Shown one piece after another: positions 38,817-50,388 of a DNA stretch of 52,579 nt (its first letter is position 1; the number at the start of each line of letters is the position of its first letter). The DNA comes from a virus. Lineage: Duplodnaviria; Heunggongvirae; Uroviricota; Caudoviricetes. Position numbers and translations under genes: made by a program. The notes below the pieces were generated by a model. It ran no database searches and had not been told where the DNA came from. It saw only the letters and a list, made by a program, of their open reading frames with translations. Where the stretch lies: IMG/VR virus record IMGVR_UViG_2684622554_000006. The stretch is one strand, 5' to 3'.

Positions 38817-40793
38817 ATGAGTACCACAACACGTAAATTTAAAACCGTTATCACCGATACGGGTGCCAAAAAATTAGCTCAGGCAGCCGCGCCAGATGGT
38901 AAGCCTGTCCGCCTGACTCATATGGCCGTGGGCGACGGTGGCGGCACGTTGCCACACCAGACAGTAAGCAGACCCGTCTGGTGCATGAGGTGTGGCGACA
39001 TACTGTTAATCGCGTCATCCTGGACGCAACACATCAGAACCGCATTATTGCGGAGCTGGTTATTCCTCCTGAAACGGGCGGATTCTGGATCCGGGAAATT
39101 GGTGTATTTGATGAGCACGGCGATTTAATCGCGGTGGCAATACTGCCGAAAGTTACAAGCCAGCCGTTGCCGAAGGGTCCGGTCGTGCACAAACATTTCG
39201 CACCATTCTGACCGTATCCAGCACTGCCACCGTGGTGCTTACCGTGGATAACACCATGGTGATGGCCACAGTGGATTACGTGGATGACAAACTGAAAGAG
39301 CATGAACAGTCACGACGTCACCCGGACGCCTCGCTGACCGCAAAAGGCTTTGTTCAACTCAGTAGCGCCACTAACAGCGTGTCTGAAACGCAGGCTGCAA
39401 CGCCGAAAGCAGTAAAGGCCGCGTATGACCTTGCTAACGGTAAATATACTGCGCAGGATGCCAGCACGACGCGAAAAGGCCTTGTCCAGCTCAGTAGCGC
39501 CACCAACAGCACGTCTGAAACGCAGGCTGCAACGCCGAAAGCAGTAAAGGCCGCGTATGACCTTGCTAACGCAAAATATACCGCTCAGGACGCCACGACG
39601 GCACAAAAAGGGATAGTCCAGCTCAGTAGTGCCACCAACAGCACGTCTGAAACACTGGCCGCGACATCGAAAGCTGTTAAGGCGGTAATGGATGAAACGA
39701 ACAAGAAAGCGCCCTTAAATAGTCCTGCACTGACCGGAACGCCAACAACACCAACTGCGCGACAGGGAACGAATAATACCCAAATCGCAAGCACGGCTTT
39801 CGTTATGGCTGCGATTGCCGCCCTTGTAGATTCGTCACCTGATGCACTGAACACGCTGAACGAGCTGGCTGCGGCGCTGGGCAACGACCCGAATTTTGCG
39901 ACCACCATGACTAACGCGCTTGCGGGTAAGCAACCGAAAGATGCCACCCTGACGGCGCTGGCCGGACTTACTACTGCGGCAGGCAAGTTTCCGTATTTTA
40001 CGGGAATGATGTCGCCAGCCTGGCAACCCTGACAAAAGTCGGGCGGGATATTCTTGCGAAATCGACCGTTGCTGCCGTTATCGAATACCTCGGTTTACGA
40101 GAACTCGGCACAAGCGGGGAGAAAATACCGTTACTCAGTACAGCGAATACTGGACAATCGACAAACATTCAGCGGTGGCCTTTCTGGGGAACTGTCCGGC
40201 AATGCCGCTACTGCACAAAGCTGAAAACAGCACGAAAAATTGCTGAGTTGGTTTTGATGGTTCTAGCGATATTTCAATTAGTGCAAAAATGTCAATGCAT
40301 TTGCACTCCGACAAACAGGTAATACTGTTAATGGTGATACATCCGTTGGATGGAATTGGGATAGTGGTGCATATAACGCCATGATTGGTGGTGCATCTGC
40401 ATTAATTCTTCACTTTAATATAAATGCTGGTAGCTGTCCTGCCGTACAATTCCGTGTGAATTATAAAAATGGTGGCATTTCCTACAGGTCGGCTCGTGAT
40501 GGTTATGGTTTGAATTAGGTTGGTCAGATTTCTATACCACGACACGAAAACCTTCAGCGGGAGATGTTGGTGCATATACGCGGACAGAATGTAACTCAAG
40601 GTTTATTACAGGTATTCGCCTTGGCGGTCTGTCATCTGTTCAGACATGGAATGGTCCCGGCTGGTCTGACAGGTCAGGTTATGTCGTTACGGGTTCAGTT
40701 AACGGAAACCGTGATGAATTAATTGATACAACACAGGCAAGGCCAATTCAGTATTGCATTAATGGGACGTGGTATAACGCGGGGAGTATTTAA
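38817..40793 (+). pseudogene. Copy-2 tail fibre H (frameshifted), including left gix-like site at about 40078-40103
   Basis: Track ORFs 38817-39128 and 39232-40032; copy 2 reads through the position of the copy-1 premature stop ([25 protein letters not shown]...). Confidence 0.55.
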
Positions 40794-40795
40794 CG

Positions 40796-41327
40796 ATGAT
40801 GCACTTAAAAAACATTACTGCTGGCAACCCTAAAACAAAAGAGCAATACCAGCTAACAAAGCAATTTAACATCAAATGGCTTTATTCAGCTGATGGAAAA
40901 AACTGGTATGAGGAACAAAAGAATTTCCAGCCAGACACTTTGAAAATGGTCTATGACCATAACGGCGTTATTATTTGTATTGAAAAGGATGTTTCAGCAA
41001 TTAATCCGGAAGGCGCAAGCGTCGTTGAATTACCTGATATTACAGCAAATCGCCGGGCTGATATTTCGGGGAAATGGATGTTCAAAGATGGCGTAGTGGT
41101 AAAGCGAACTTATACCGAGGAAGAGCAGAGGCAACAAGCGGAAAATGAAAAGCAGAGCCTGTTGCAACTTGTCAGGGATAAAACTCAGCTATGGGACTCA
41201 CAGCTACGGCTGGGCATCATTTCCGACGAGAATAAACAAAAATTAACCGAGTGGATGCTCTATGCGCAGAAAGTCGAATCCACAGACACTCCAGCCTGCC
41301 AGTAACATTTCCCGAACAACCTGAATG
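40796..41327 (+). CDS. Copy-2 tail fibre assembly chaperone (Tfa); frame intact for 169 aa, C-terminal few residues shifted
   Basis: Track ORF 40796-41305. Confidence 0.6.
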
Positions 41328-41354
41328 AGACAAGGCCCGATAACGGCCTTAATT

Positions 41355-42793
41355 TTATTCAGGCTTTTGTGGCCATTCAGGATTTGCCGTATCCACACGG
41401 TTGACCAGAACACTGTAGCGTTCCATGCTTCAGTCGTGTGCGTTCTCGTCTGTTGCATATTCAGCCTGACAGCGCGTTCCAGCGGCTGGATGACTGATTC
41501 AGTTCGGAAAGCAATGCGGCCTTTTGTGATTCGGCCTGTTGTTGCTGTTCGTCAGCCGTATAAATCCGTTTAACCACAGCTCCGTCTTAAACATCCACTT
41601 ACCGGAATCATCGGTCCGACGATTGGCGTTATATCGGAACCTCGACGACGCTAAAACCTTCGGATTAAGCGTGGAGGCATCTCTGGTGATGGCGACAATA
41701 ATATTATTTTCATCGTAAACAATCTTTATGGTGTCTGGCTGAAAGTTTTTCACTTCCTCATACCAGTTTTTTCCGTCCTCAGAGTAAAGCCAGATAACTC
41801 CGTGTTTCTTTGTTAACTCATACTGTTCAGTGTTTTAGCATTACCCGCTTTTATGTTCTTTAAGTGCATCATATTAAACGCTCGCTACATTATACCAGGT
41901 GCATTTATATACTTTTGAACGGGTCTGTAATAAACACCCGCTATATTATCGGCAGAGTTAGACCTGTATCCTGAACATTAATACAGACAATACATGACCT
42001 GAAGGGCACTGGAAATTCCATGTTCGCCAGTTGTTCACTCCATAATATTGCTGTGAACCAAGTCGAACATCTTTCACATAACGGGAATCAAAGTTACCGT
42101 AATCCGAGGGATTAACACGCCCGTAATATTTATGGTCTTATTACTTTGAATGCTTCCGGGAACAAAGCGCATAACATGGACGTAATTAGCATAAACATCC
42201 AGATTACCATCGCCATTTTGTTTAAAGCCCGTGTCATTATCACCAATACAATCGAATTACGCCAAGAGCACTGGATGTTCGATACCAGTGCACCATTCAG
42301 TTGACCACCAGATAACGGCAGTGCACCAACATCTCCTGCTGAAGGTTTTCTGGTGGTGGTGTAAAATTCGGACAGTCGGCTTCAAAACCATAACCATCAC
42401 GGGCTGAACGATAAAAATACCGCCATTTTTATAATTAATCCGAAACTGAGCTGCAGGACAACTTCCGTCTCCATATAAAAATGAATAATTAACGTTGATG
42501 CACCACCAATATTTGCGTTATAGGCTCCGCTACTCCAGTTCCATCCAACTGCTTTATCATTCGCAACGGTGCTTCCTGTTTTCCTAAGGCAAACGCACAA
42601 CATGACTTGCTTTTAATGTGATATCGGAGGAACCATCAAAAGCCACATTGCTTATTTTCCTGCAGTTTTTAATTTTGCAGCTGTAGAAGCATTGCCGGAT
42701 AGTTCACCAGAAAGGCCACCGCTGAATGTTTGTCGATTAGTCCAGGTATTCGCTGTACTGAGTAACGGTATTTTCTCCCCGCTTGTGCCGAGT
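41355..42793 (-). pseudogene. Copy-2 Tfa' and alternative fibre cassette (frameshifted), up to the right gix-like site at about 42794-42819
   Basis: Collinear with 28623-30103 of copy 1; only short track ORFs remain. Confidence 0.5.
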
Positions 42794-42872
42794 TCTCGTA
42801 AACCGAGGTTTTAAATAATGGCCGTTTCTGGCCTGCATGGCATGATTTGCGCTTTTGGACGGGAGATTCAGT

Positions 42873-43471
42873 GTGCTGATTGGCTATGTAAGGGTATCAA
42901 CAAATGACCAGAATACAGACCTGCAACGAAACGCTCTTGTTTGTGCAGGATGTGAACAAATATTTGAAGATAAATTAAGCGGGACAAAGACAGACCGACC
43001 GGGATTAAAACGCGCTTTAAAGCGCCTTCAAAAAGGTGACACGCTGGTTGTCTGGAAACTGGATCGCCTCGGGCGAAGCATGAAACATCTGATTTCTCTC
43101 GTCGGGGAACTACGGGAGCGAGGGATTAATTTTCGCAGTCTGACCGACAGCATAGACACATCTTCTCCAATGGGGCGTTTTTTCTTCCACGTGATGGGTG
43201 CCCTGGCTGAAATGGAACGTGAATTAATTGTTGAACGTACACTGGCCGGCTGGCGGCAGCGCGCGCAAGGGGGCGCACAGGCGGACGTCGACCGAAGCTG
43301 ACAAAAGAACAGCATGAGCAAATAGCAAGGCTAATCAAAAACGGGCACGACAGAAAACAACTGGCAATAATTTACGGCATTGGCACATCGACGATTTATC
43401 GTTATCACCCTGTAGGCGATATACAGACTGAAGAAACAACCGGGCAGACTCAGGAAAATGAAAACCGCTAA
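42873..43471 (+). pseudogene. Copy-2 Pin-family invertase (frameshift at about 43250)
   Basis: Track ORF 42855-43301 carries the catalytic N-terminal 140 aa; C-terminal HTH is in another frame; stop at 43469-43471. Confidence 0.6.
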
Positions 43472-43499
43472 TCTGACCATTAGCGGTTTTTGTGTTAAA

Positions 43500-43994
43500 T
43501 CAGAACAGCCCTTTAACTGAACTGGCCGCGCTGTTAAGAGATGATGTCACCTTATCTTTGAAGCCGGACAGCATATCACTGAACGATGAGGATTGCAGGC
43601 GCTCCCGCAAATCCTCATCACAGCGTTCAAGAGTCAGTGAAAATTCTATCTTTTTCGCCTTACCGTAGCGATCAAACTCGGAGCGGGTCGTATTCGTTTC
43701 AGTCAGGACATACATGCCGTAAATCTGCCCGACGCCATCAATCAAAGGCCAGGGTCGTCCTGTATACGCCTGCGTGGTCAGCAGCGACAGCGACACTTCG
43801 CCACCTGTAATTTCAGGATAAAGCACACCAGAAAGAACGATGCGATCATCACCTGCACCGATATACTGCCAGCTTGCTGAACGGTTAACGCGTTCATTTT
43901 TCACATGCCGCCAGCTTTTGTTTTGCTGTAACTGCTGATGCGGCAGCGTGCGCAGCTCAAAAACAAACATGCCGTAGATCATCATCATGGCCAT
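43500..43994 (-). CDS. U: Tail protein U (P2 gpU family), copy 2, apparently intact (164 aa)
   Basis: ORF whose start overlaps the T stop. Confidence 0.75.
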   Translation of the reverse strand: MAMMMIYGMFVFELRTLPHQQLQQNKSWRHVKNERVNRSASWQYIGAGDDRIVLSGVLYPEITGGEVSLSLLTTQAYTGRPWPLIDGVGQIYGMYVLTETNTTRSEFDRYGKAKKIEFSLTLERCDEDLRERLQSSSFSDMLSGFKDKVTSSLNSAASSVKGLF

Positions 43995-46814
43995 GACTCC
44001 TCAATCTTTATCGTAAAAACTGCCACGCCCGGCACGGGCGCGCCGTTCCATTTCTGCCCTGACCATTTCACCGACCAGTTTCGCCAGTTCGCGGGATTCT
44101 GCGTAACAACGTTATGCAGATGAACATGAATTTCACCACCAAATCCGGAGGCAACAGGCTCCCGGTTACGGGAAGTTACAGGAACTGATGCCACTGGAGA
44201 TCGTATAGCCTCCGCCACCGGGCGGGAGCTGGCCGCAACAACAGGGACCAGCGCCGGAGGCAGCGGAGCCGGGACCACGGGTGTGATATTAATTGCGGGG
44301 GCAGGCTTACTGACCTGCGCAATCTTCCGCTCCTGCCACTCCCCACGAACAGCAAGTGCTCGGGGCAGGTTTTTAAAGACAATATCGCCGGGGCCAATGC
44401 GTTTTTTCGTCTCCTCAACCAGCTTACCTGTGTTATCAGCAATTTTGCTGAGTCTGCGCAGCGTACCGGTATTGCTGTCTGTGAGCGGTTTATTGTCTTT
44501 GGGGTTATCACCTCCGGTGCCATTGCCATTTTCCACAGGCTTCGGCGGATTGATTTTCGCCAGGTCCCCCTGAAGCAAGGCAACCTTGTCCTGAAGAATG
44601 GCCGCACGCTGTGCGTCTTCGATTTTCTTGCGCGCCCTTTCCGCTTCATCCGGAAGCACACCAAGCTTTTCAAGTATCCACGCCAGCGTATCCAGCAACA
44701 TTTTTGCAGGTGTCAGAACAAGTTGTAACGCACCGCCAAGAACGTTACCGAATATCTCGCCAGCACTGGTACATTTATCCAGAGTTTCCTTGCTGGACTC
44801 CATCGGAGACAGCAGCGATTTAAACCAGTTAAACACCTGGCTGATCCCACTCCCGATTGCGTCAAAAACAGGACCAAACCGTTCAAAGGTTTCGCGCAAC
44901 GGGGTCAGCCTTTCCATAATCCCGCTGAACACCCCGGCAAAAAATGCCCTGATGGGATCCCAGTATTTCCAGATGAGAACGGCAGCTCCGGCAAGCGCAG
45001 CCACGATAAGGCCGACCGGACTGAACAACGCCCCGATAGCGCCCCCAGTAACGAAACGGAACCCGTCACCATTCCCCATAGTGCTGGCAGGAGTCTGACA
45101 GCATTCATTGAACCGGTCAGGAGGGAAAAGCCAAGACGCAGTTTTGCCAGCGGGCCAGCAAGCACACCAATAGCCAGCGACAACGAGCCAACCGTTGCAG
45201 TCATTGCCAGCAACGCACCGCCTGCTATCAGTAGCTGGCGCGTCAGTACCGGATGGGCCTGCGCCAGCGAGGTGATTTTTTCAAGCACCCGCGTGAGCCA
45301 CTGCGTGACAGAACGCAGCGGACCGTCAACCAGATCACTGATGCGAATACGAAGACCTTCCCATGCGCTGTCGAGATTTTTCAGGTCCCCATCAAGATTA
45401 TCGGCCATTACTTTTGCAACGCGATCGGCCTCTCCCTTGCCCCCTGCAATTCTCTGGTCAGTTTTTGCAGCTCTCCTGAACCAGCCGCCGCAACAAGCGT
45501 CTGCAAACCAACGAACGCCTCTTCTCCGGCGATGTCCTTGAAGAAGGAAACCTGGTCCACCTGTCCGTATTTTTGTGTCGCCTTATAGAGATCAAGCAGC
45601 ACATCCTCCATCGGGCGCATTTTGCCTCTGGCGTCAGCAACTGACACCCCCAGCTCTTTCAGCGCATCAGCCGCAGCTTTTGGCGGTGATGCAAGGCGGG
45701 ACAGACTTGCGCGCATGGCCGTACCAGCATCGCTTCCACGAAGACCATTATTGGCAAGCATCCCGGCCATGGCTGCCGCTTCTTCAAGACTGATACCAAG
45801 TTTTGCGGCAACCGGACCGGTATACTTCATGGTTTCGCCCAGCGCGCGTAAATCAGTATTGGTCCGGGTGAATGCCGCTGTCAGCGTATCGCCAACCCGG
45901 TCCATTTGATCGGCTGTCAGGTTGAACTGTGTGAGGATATTGGAGCCTATATCAGCCGTCTCGCCGAGTTCGACGCCACCTGCCAGCGCCATATTAAGAA
46001 CACCGGGCAATGCGGCCTGAATGGCCTGCGGAGTAAAACCAGCCATTGCCAGAAAGCTCTGCCCACTGGCGGCATCACTCGCAGTAAACTGTGTTTCAGA
46101 GCCAAGTTTTAACGCCTGCTCACGCAGCGCCTTAAACTGCGGGCTGTTTTTGTCGATTCGCGTCAGCGCCTGAACGCGGGACATCTCTTTGCCGAACCCG
46201 ATCGCGGGCTGCAAAAAACGCCCGGCAGCATAGCCGCCCGCCGCTGCCGCACCAATTGCCAGCGCACCACCTGTTTTCAGTTTTCCCGCGGTTTCCTGCG
46301 CGCGCGAATACCGCTCACGAGCCTGCGTTACACGCGCAAGCGCCTGCCGTTCGCGTTCAAGCTGGTTGTTGTATTGTTCGGTGCGTCTGATGGCCTGCTG
46401 GATGGTGTTATCGCTGCCTGTCAGGGAAATGCCGTGGCGTTTCAGTTCTCCGCCAAGCTCCCGCATTTTCTGAATTTCCCGTGTGCGCGATTCATTCAGG
46501 CGTTCAAGCCGGGTGCTTAACTGCTGCATCAGCTTTTGTTGTTTTTCGCTGAGCACTGTACCCGTGCGTTGTAACTGATTAAGGGCGTTAAGCTGGCGTC
46601 GTGCTTTCACGATACCCGCATCCGCTTTACTGACAGCGTCGCGGGCGCGCTCAAATGAACGCGCCTGACGCTCGAGATTTTTGATCGCCCCCTGCGTTCG
46701 CTGAATGGAGTCACCAAACTGCCCCATCAGGCGGCGGGCGTTTTCGGCAGGCCGGGTCAGCCTGTCAACGGCGCTGAAAGCGACCCGGATGTCAAGAGTC
46801 TTCATTATCTGCAT
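43985..46814 (-). CDS. T: Tail tape-measure protein T; split as given by an in-frame TAA at 45408-45410 and a frameshift near 45075
   Basis: N-terminal tape-measure core (...GETMKYTGPVAAKLGISLEEAAAMAGMLANNGLRG...) in 45408-46841; continues as MADNLDGDLKNLDSAWEG...; one extra A in the A4 run at 45411-45414 would restore a continuous ...QKVMADNLDG... frame. Start codon uncertain (46805, 46814 or a GTG at 46841). Confidence 0.75.
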
Positions 46815-47330
46815 TCCCGCTGCGAAGTGCCGCCCGCTCACGCCAGCTAACCACTTCGCCGGGCGTCATCATGAAGATTTCGGCGGGCGACCAGTTGAAA
46901 ATGGCGGCAATATCCGCCACCAGATCTTCGATGTGCTCAAAGCACACCAGGGTGATTACGCTGCCGTCTCCTGCACGCTCTTCGCGCCAGAGTCTGGCTC
47001 GCTCATAAAATTTACAGCCACAGCGCACAACTGAATAAAATCGCGTGACGACATTTTTTTAATCATCACTTCATCCAGTCGTGGCGAGGTCACGCGAGGC
47101 AACAGCGTGAACATGGTATCCGCTTTCAGATTCAGCACATCAGACAGCGACAGACCACGCAGGGATCCCGCCTGCTCAATAGCCCCGGTGATCTCCACAT
47201 ATGTGATTTTTTCGGCACCACGCTCAATTGGCCGGGAAAGTTTTACACCACGTTCGACAGCCATATCCTCACCTGACGTCACATCATCCGCTACGGTGTT
47301 ATTCCGGGTTTCAGTATCGATATCTTTCAT
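46792..47330 (-). CDS. E: Tail assembly chaperone pair E / E+E' (programmed-frameshift gene upstream of the tape measure)
   Basis: E ORF 46956-47330 (AAGGAG RBS; LSRPIERG...LRGLSLSDVLNL...LLPRVTSP pattern) and overlapping frame 46792-47028, linked at an A7 slippery run at about 47042-47048; exact frame relationship cannot be resolved given the homopolymer uncertainty. Confidence 0.65.
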
Positions 47331-47385
47331 CAGTTGTCTCCTTTTCAGTCAGAGGCGACGCACTGCGCCGCCTGCATATTACTTA

Positions 47386-47897
47386 TCAGCCAAGCCCAAG
47401 CGCGGAACGAATGCGGTCAGGCACAATGTCCTTGCCGTCCTTCCGGTAGATGTGGTTCAACAGGTCGATTTCCCACAGCGGGCGATCGTTAACGCTCAGC
47501 TTGTAGTAGGTGTTTTTGACAGCGTAAGTGTGTGATGTGGCTTCGCCCTGTTTGGCCTCCCCCATATCAATTTCCGTCACACGCCCGCGCATCTCGATTT
47601 CATACAGATCGCTTTCTGCATCGGTGTAATATTCACCCGCAAAACGCAGCAGCGTGCCGTCAATCGTGCCGCCATACTTAAGGAACAGTGCACGAACAGC
47701 TCCCCCATGACAAAGCTCGCATCAAGCGCGGAGTCGTCCAGACCGAGATCAATACTTACTGCTCCCATCATGCCACCACCACGATAGCTGTCGGTTTTGC
47801 GCGTCAGTTTGGGCGGCGTGACGGATGTCACTTTACCCACTTCGTTTTCACCATCCACAAACAACGTAAAAAAGCGAAGATGTTTTGGTACAGCCAT
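47386..47897 (-). CDS. FII: Tail tube protein (P2 gpFII family), frameshifted as given (about 47600-47700)
   Basis: N-terminal 106 aa (track ORF 47577-47897, ...VTSVTPPKLTRKTDSYRGGGMMGAVSIDLGLDD...) and C-terminal 68 aa (47386-47592, MRGRVTEIDMGEAKQGE...) both match gpFII but lie in different frames. Confidence 0.7.
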
Positions 47898-49081
47898 CAG
47901 GCACCTCCCAGCACCGCAAATGCGGGACCAAAGAATTCATCAGTAAACGTCTGGTAAAGCTCCATGTCTTCCAGCGGGGGAACGGGCGTATATTTGTAGC
48001 GAATACGCACACGCCCCTGACGTAAATCCGTGGTGCCGTTATCCACCACGTCATACCAGCACTCCGCGCCAATCAGTTTCCCGGCAGTAACCAGCGAATC
48101 CAATTTTGCCCTGATGGCACTGATAACATCCTTCACGTTCGCAGGCGTCAGTGGACTGTCGATGGTTTCAAACTGCGCTTCCGCAATTGAATCAGCCAGC
48201 ACCTGTGCGGTTCGGGTATACACCTCAAAGATGTAGGCGTTCGTTTCCGGTGTGCGGTTGCCCCAGAAGCGGAACCCGTTACGACGAATAATGGTCGTGA
48301 TTTCTTTGTTGTTGAGGCTGTTGGCATCACTGTCTTCGGCCTGTAACGACCAGAACACATGCCTCGACATCCCCAGCACATTTTTAACCGGAACGTTGGA
48401 CAGCGATTTGTGCCAGCCCTGCTCATGGTCAATGTACGCACGAAGGCCGCACGCATAAGCAGGCGCGGGGAACGTTTCGTTTTTGCCACTTTTCGGGTTG
48501 TAGGCGATGAAGTCAGGCCATAAGAGCATCACCTCACGTTCGTTGAATTTCTGGCGGTAGGTAATCGCCTCAGCCATCGTGTTACAACCATGACATGTGG
48601 CATACACAAACGCGCGCAGTTTACCCGCAATCACGCACAGGGATTTTGTCACCGCCTCCGTGTCCAGCTCCGGCGCGGCCAGAATACGCGGACGGTATCC
48701 GATGCTTTCATCCTGCTCTGCAACAAGCAGCGCATACATCCCCGTATAGCTGCCGTCAGATTCAGAACCACCGATAACCAGTTGATCCTGCGTCCTACCG
48801 CCTTCTTCTTTGTGTTCAGCCACGCGAACGACGATCACTTTTGTGCTCACCTGGTCTGCGATAGCCTTAAGCGCACGATAAAGCGTCCCCGTAGTCCCGC
48901 ATTTTCCCAGCACGTCATTGACGCGGGTCAGCAGTGTGGGCTTGTTCAGCGGGAACAGCTCCGCATCCGCATCATCCGCCGTTGCCACGATACCGATAAC
49001 GCTGGAATCAACATCATTAATCGCTGTTACCAGGTCGGTACTTTCCGTGACACGGGCACCATGAAAACGAGTTTCACTCAT
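47897..49081 (-). CDS. FI: Contractile tail sheath protein (P2 gpFI family)
   Basis: 394-aa intact ORF; stop overlaps the FII start (ATGA). Confidence 0.9.
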   Translation of the reverse strand: MSETRFHGARVTESTDLVTAINDVDSSVIGIVATADDADAELFPLNKPTLLTRVNDVLGKCGTTGTLYRALKAIADQVSTKVIVVRVAEHKEEGGRTQDQLVIGGSESDGSYTGMYALLVAEQDESIGYRPRILAAPELDTEAVTKSLCVIAGKLRAFVYATCHGCNTMAEAITYRQKFNEREVMLLWPDFIAYNPKSGKNETFPAPAYACGLRAYIDHEQGWHKSLSNVPVKNVLGMSRHVFWSLQAEDSDANSLNNKEITTIIRRNGFRFWGNRTPETNAYIFEVYTRTAQVLADSIAEAQFETIDSPLTPANVKDVISAIRAKLDSLVTAGKLIGAECWYDVVDNGTTDLRQGRVRIRYKYTPVPPLEDMELYQTFTDEFFGPAFAVLGGA

Positions 49082-49238
49082 AGCTTCAGCCCCTTGTATC
49101 CGTTAAATGATTCGGCAACAATCATCACCCACCACGCGCGTAATCTCACCCCTGCGCCGTTCTCCCGCCACGGCGACAACAAAAAGCAGTAACCCCCTCC
49201 GCACGCACATGCGACCATGCCGCACAGGGAGGGAGCAG

Positions 49239-50348
49239 ATGACCGACACCACCATGCAATTGCTCAGTCAGGGCACAGACCCCGTGAAAATGCCGGATTT
49301 TGATATTCTCGCGGAGGGTAAAACGCTGTCAGGCGTGGCAGAGCGCCTGATGAGCCTGTCACTGACCGACAACCGGGGATTTGAGGCGGACCAGCTCACC
49401 ATCACGCTGGATGATGCGGATGGTCAGTTGCAGCTACCGCCACGGGGCGCGCGCCTGACGGTTCTCATTGGCTGGAAAGGAGAACCGCTGACAGAAAAAG
49501 GCACTTACATTGTTGATGAAATCGCTCACGAAGGACCGCCGGACAGGCTGACTGTTTCAGCCAGAAGCGCAGATTTTCGGGATGAATTTAACGTTAAACG
49601 TGAGGTGTCCTGGCATGATGTGACCGTTGAGCGTGTGGTATCCGCCATCGCTCATCGGTATGGTCTGAAACCGCAAATCAGCGAAATGCTGATGGATATC
49701 GAAATCGACCACGCCGACCAGACCGAAGAAAGCGACATGTCCTTCCTTACGCGCATGGCGGAAATGCTGGGCGCAATCACCACGGTAAAAAGCGGTAATC
49801 TGTTATTCATCATGCCCGGCGGTGGCGTGAACGCACAGGGCCAGCCGTTGCCATCGTTTGCCATCACACGCAGCAGCGGCGATCGCCATCAGTTCCGCAT
49901 TGCTGACCGCGAAGCGTATACGGGGGTACGCGCTTACTGGCTTGATCTTAATTACGGGAAAAAGAAAAAAGTCAGCGTGAAACGCCGTAAACCGCCAAAA
50001 CCCAAAAAGGAGAAAAGCAGCAGCCGCGAAGGTGATTATATGGAAGGCGCGGAAGGCAATGTGTTTGTGTTACGCAAGACTTATCAGAACGAGCAGGCAG
50101 CAAGACGCGCAGCGGCGGCAAAGTGGCAGCAACTACAACGCGGAGCCGCATCATTCTCCATCACGCTGGCGCGTGGACGTGCAGAACTCTACCCCGAAAT
50201 GCATGGCACGGTAACAGGATTTAAAAGCGAGATTGATAATCAGGACTGGATCATTGCAAAAGCCGAGCACACCATTGATAACAGCGGTTTTACCACGCAG
50301 CTTGAGCTTGAGGCAAAAATCCCGGAATGGATAGCGGAAACAGAGTGA
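49239..50348 (+). CDS. D: Tail protein D (late control gene D family)
   Basis: ATG at 49239 with AGGGAGGG RBS, inside track ORF 49107-50348; N-terminal LSLTDNRGFEADQLTITLDDADGQLQLP matches the gpD family pattern. Confidence 0.85.
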   Translation: MTDTTMQLLSQGTDPVKMPDFDILAEGKTLSGVAERLMSLSLTDNRGFEADQLTITLDDADGQLQLPPRGARLTVLIGWKGEPLTEKGTYIVDEIAHEGPPDRLTVSARSADFRDEFNVKREVSWHDVTVERVVSAIAHRYGLKPQISEMLMDIEIDHADQTEESDMSFLTRMAEMLGAITTVKSGNLLFIMPGGGVNAQGQPLPSFAITRSSGDRHQFRIADREAYTGVRAYWLDLNYGKKKKVSVKRRKPPKPKKEKSSSREGDYMEGAEGNVFVLRKTYQNEQAARRAAAAKWQQLQRGAASFSITLARGRAELYPEMHGTVTGFKSEIDNQDWIIAKAEHTIDNSGFTTQLELEAKIPEWIAETE

Positions 50349-50388
50349 GCAACTTAGAATAGGCAGCACCACGTTAAGGGAGGTCGCT

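Larger units (their letters stand above)
32692..45416. repeat. Copy 2 of the ~12.8-kb tandem duplication, carrying many additional 1-bp indels
   Basis: Same gene order as copy 1; in a 170-bp stretch compared by eye (33000-33170 versus 20221-20395) copy 2 shows five single-base deletions and no substitutions. Confidence 0.85.

Noticed and set aside
32692-45416. Second block of tail and lysis genes as a second, independent prophage
   Set aside because: The block starts and ends in the middle of genes (endolysin and tape measure), is in perfect tandem register with copy 1, and lacks its own integrase, replication or head module; it is a tandem duplication or assembly artefact, not a second phage.
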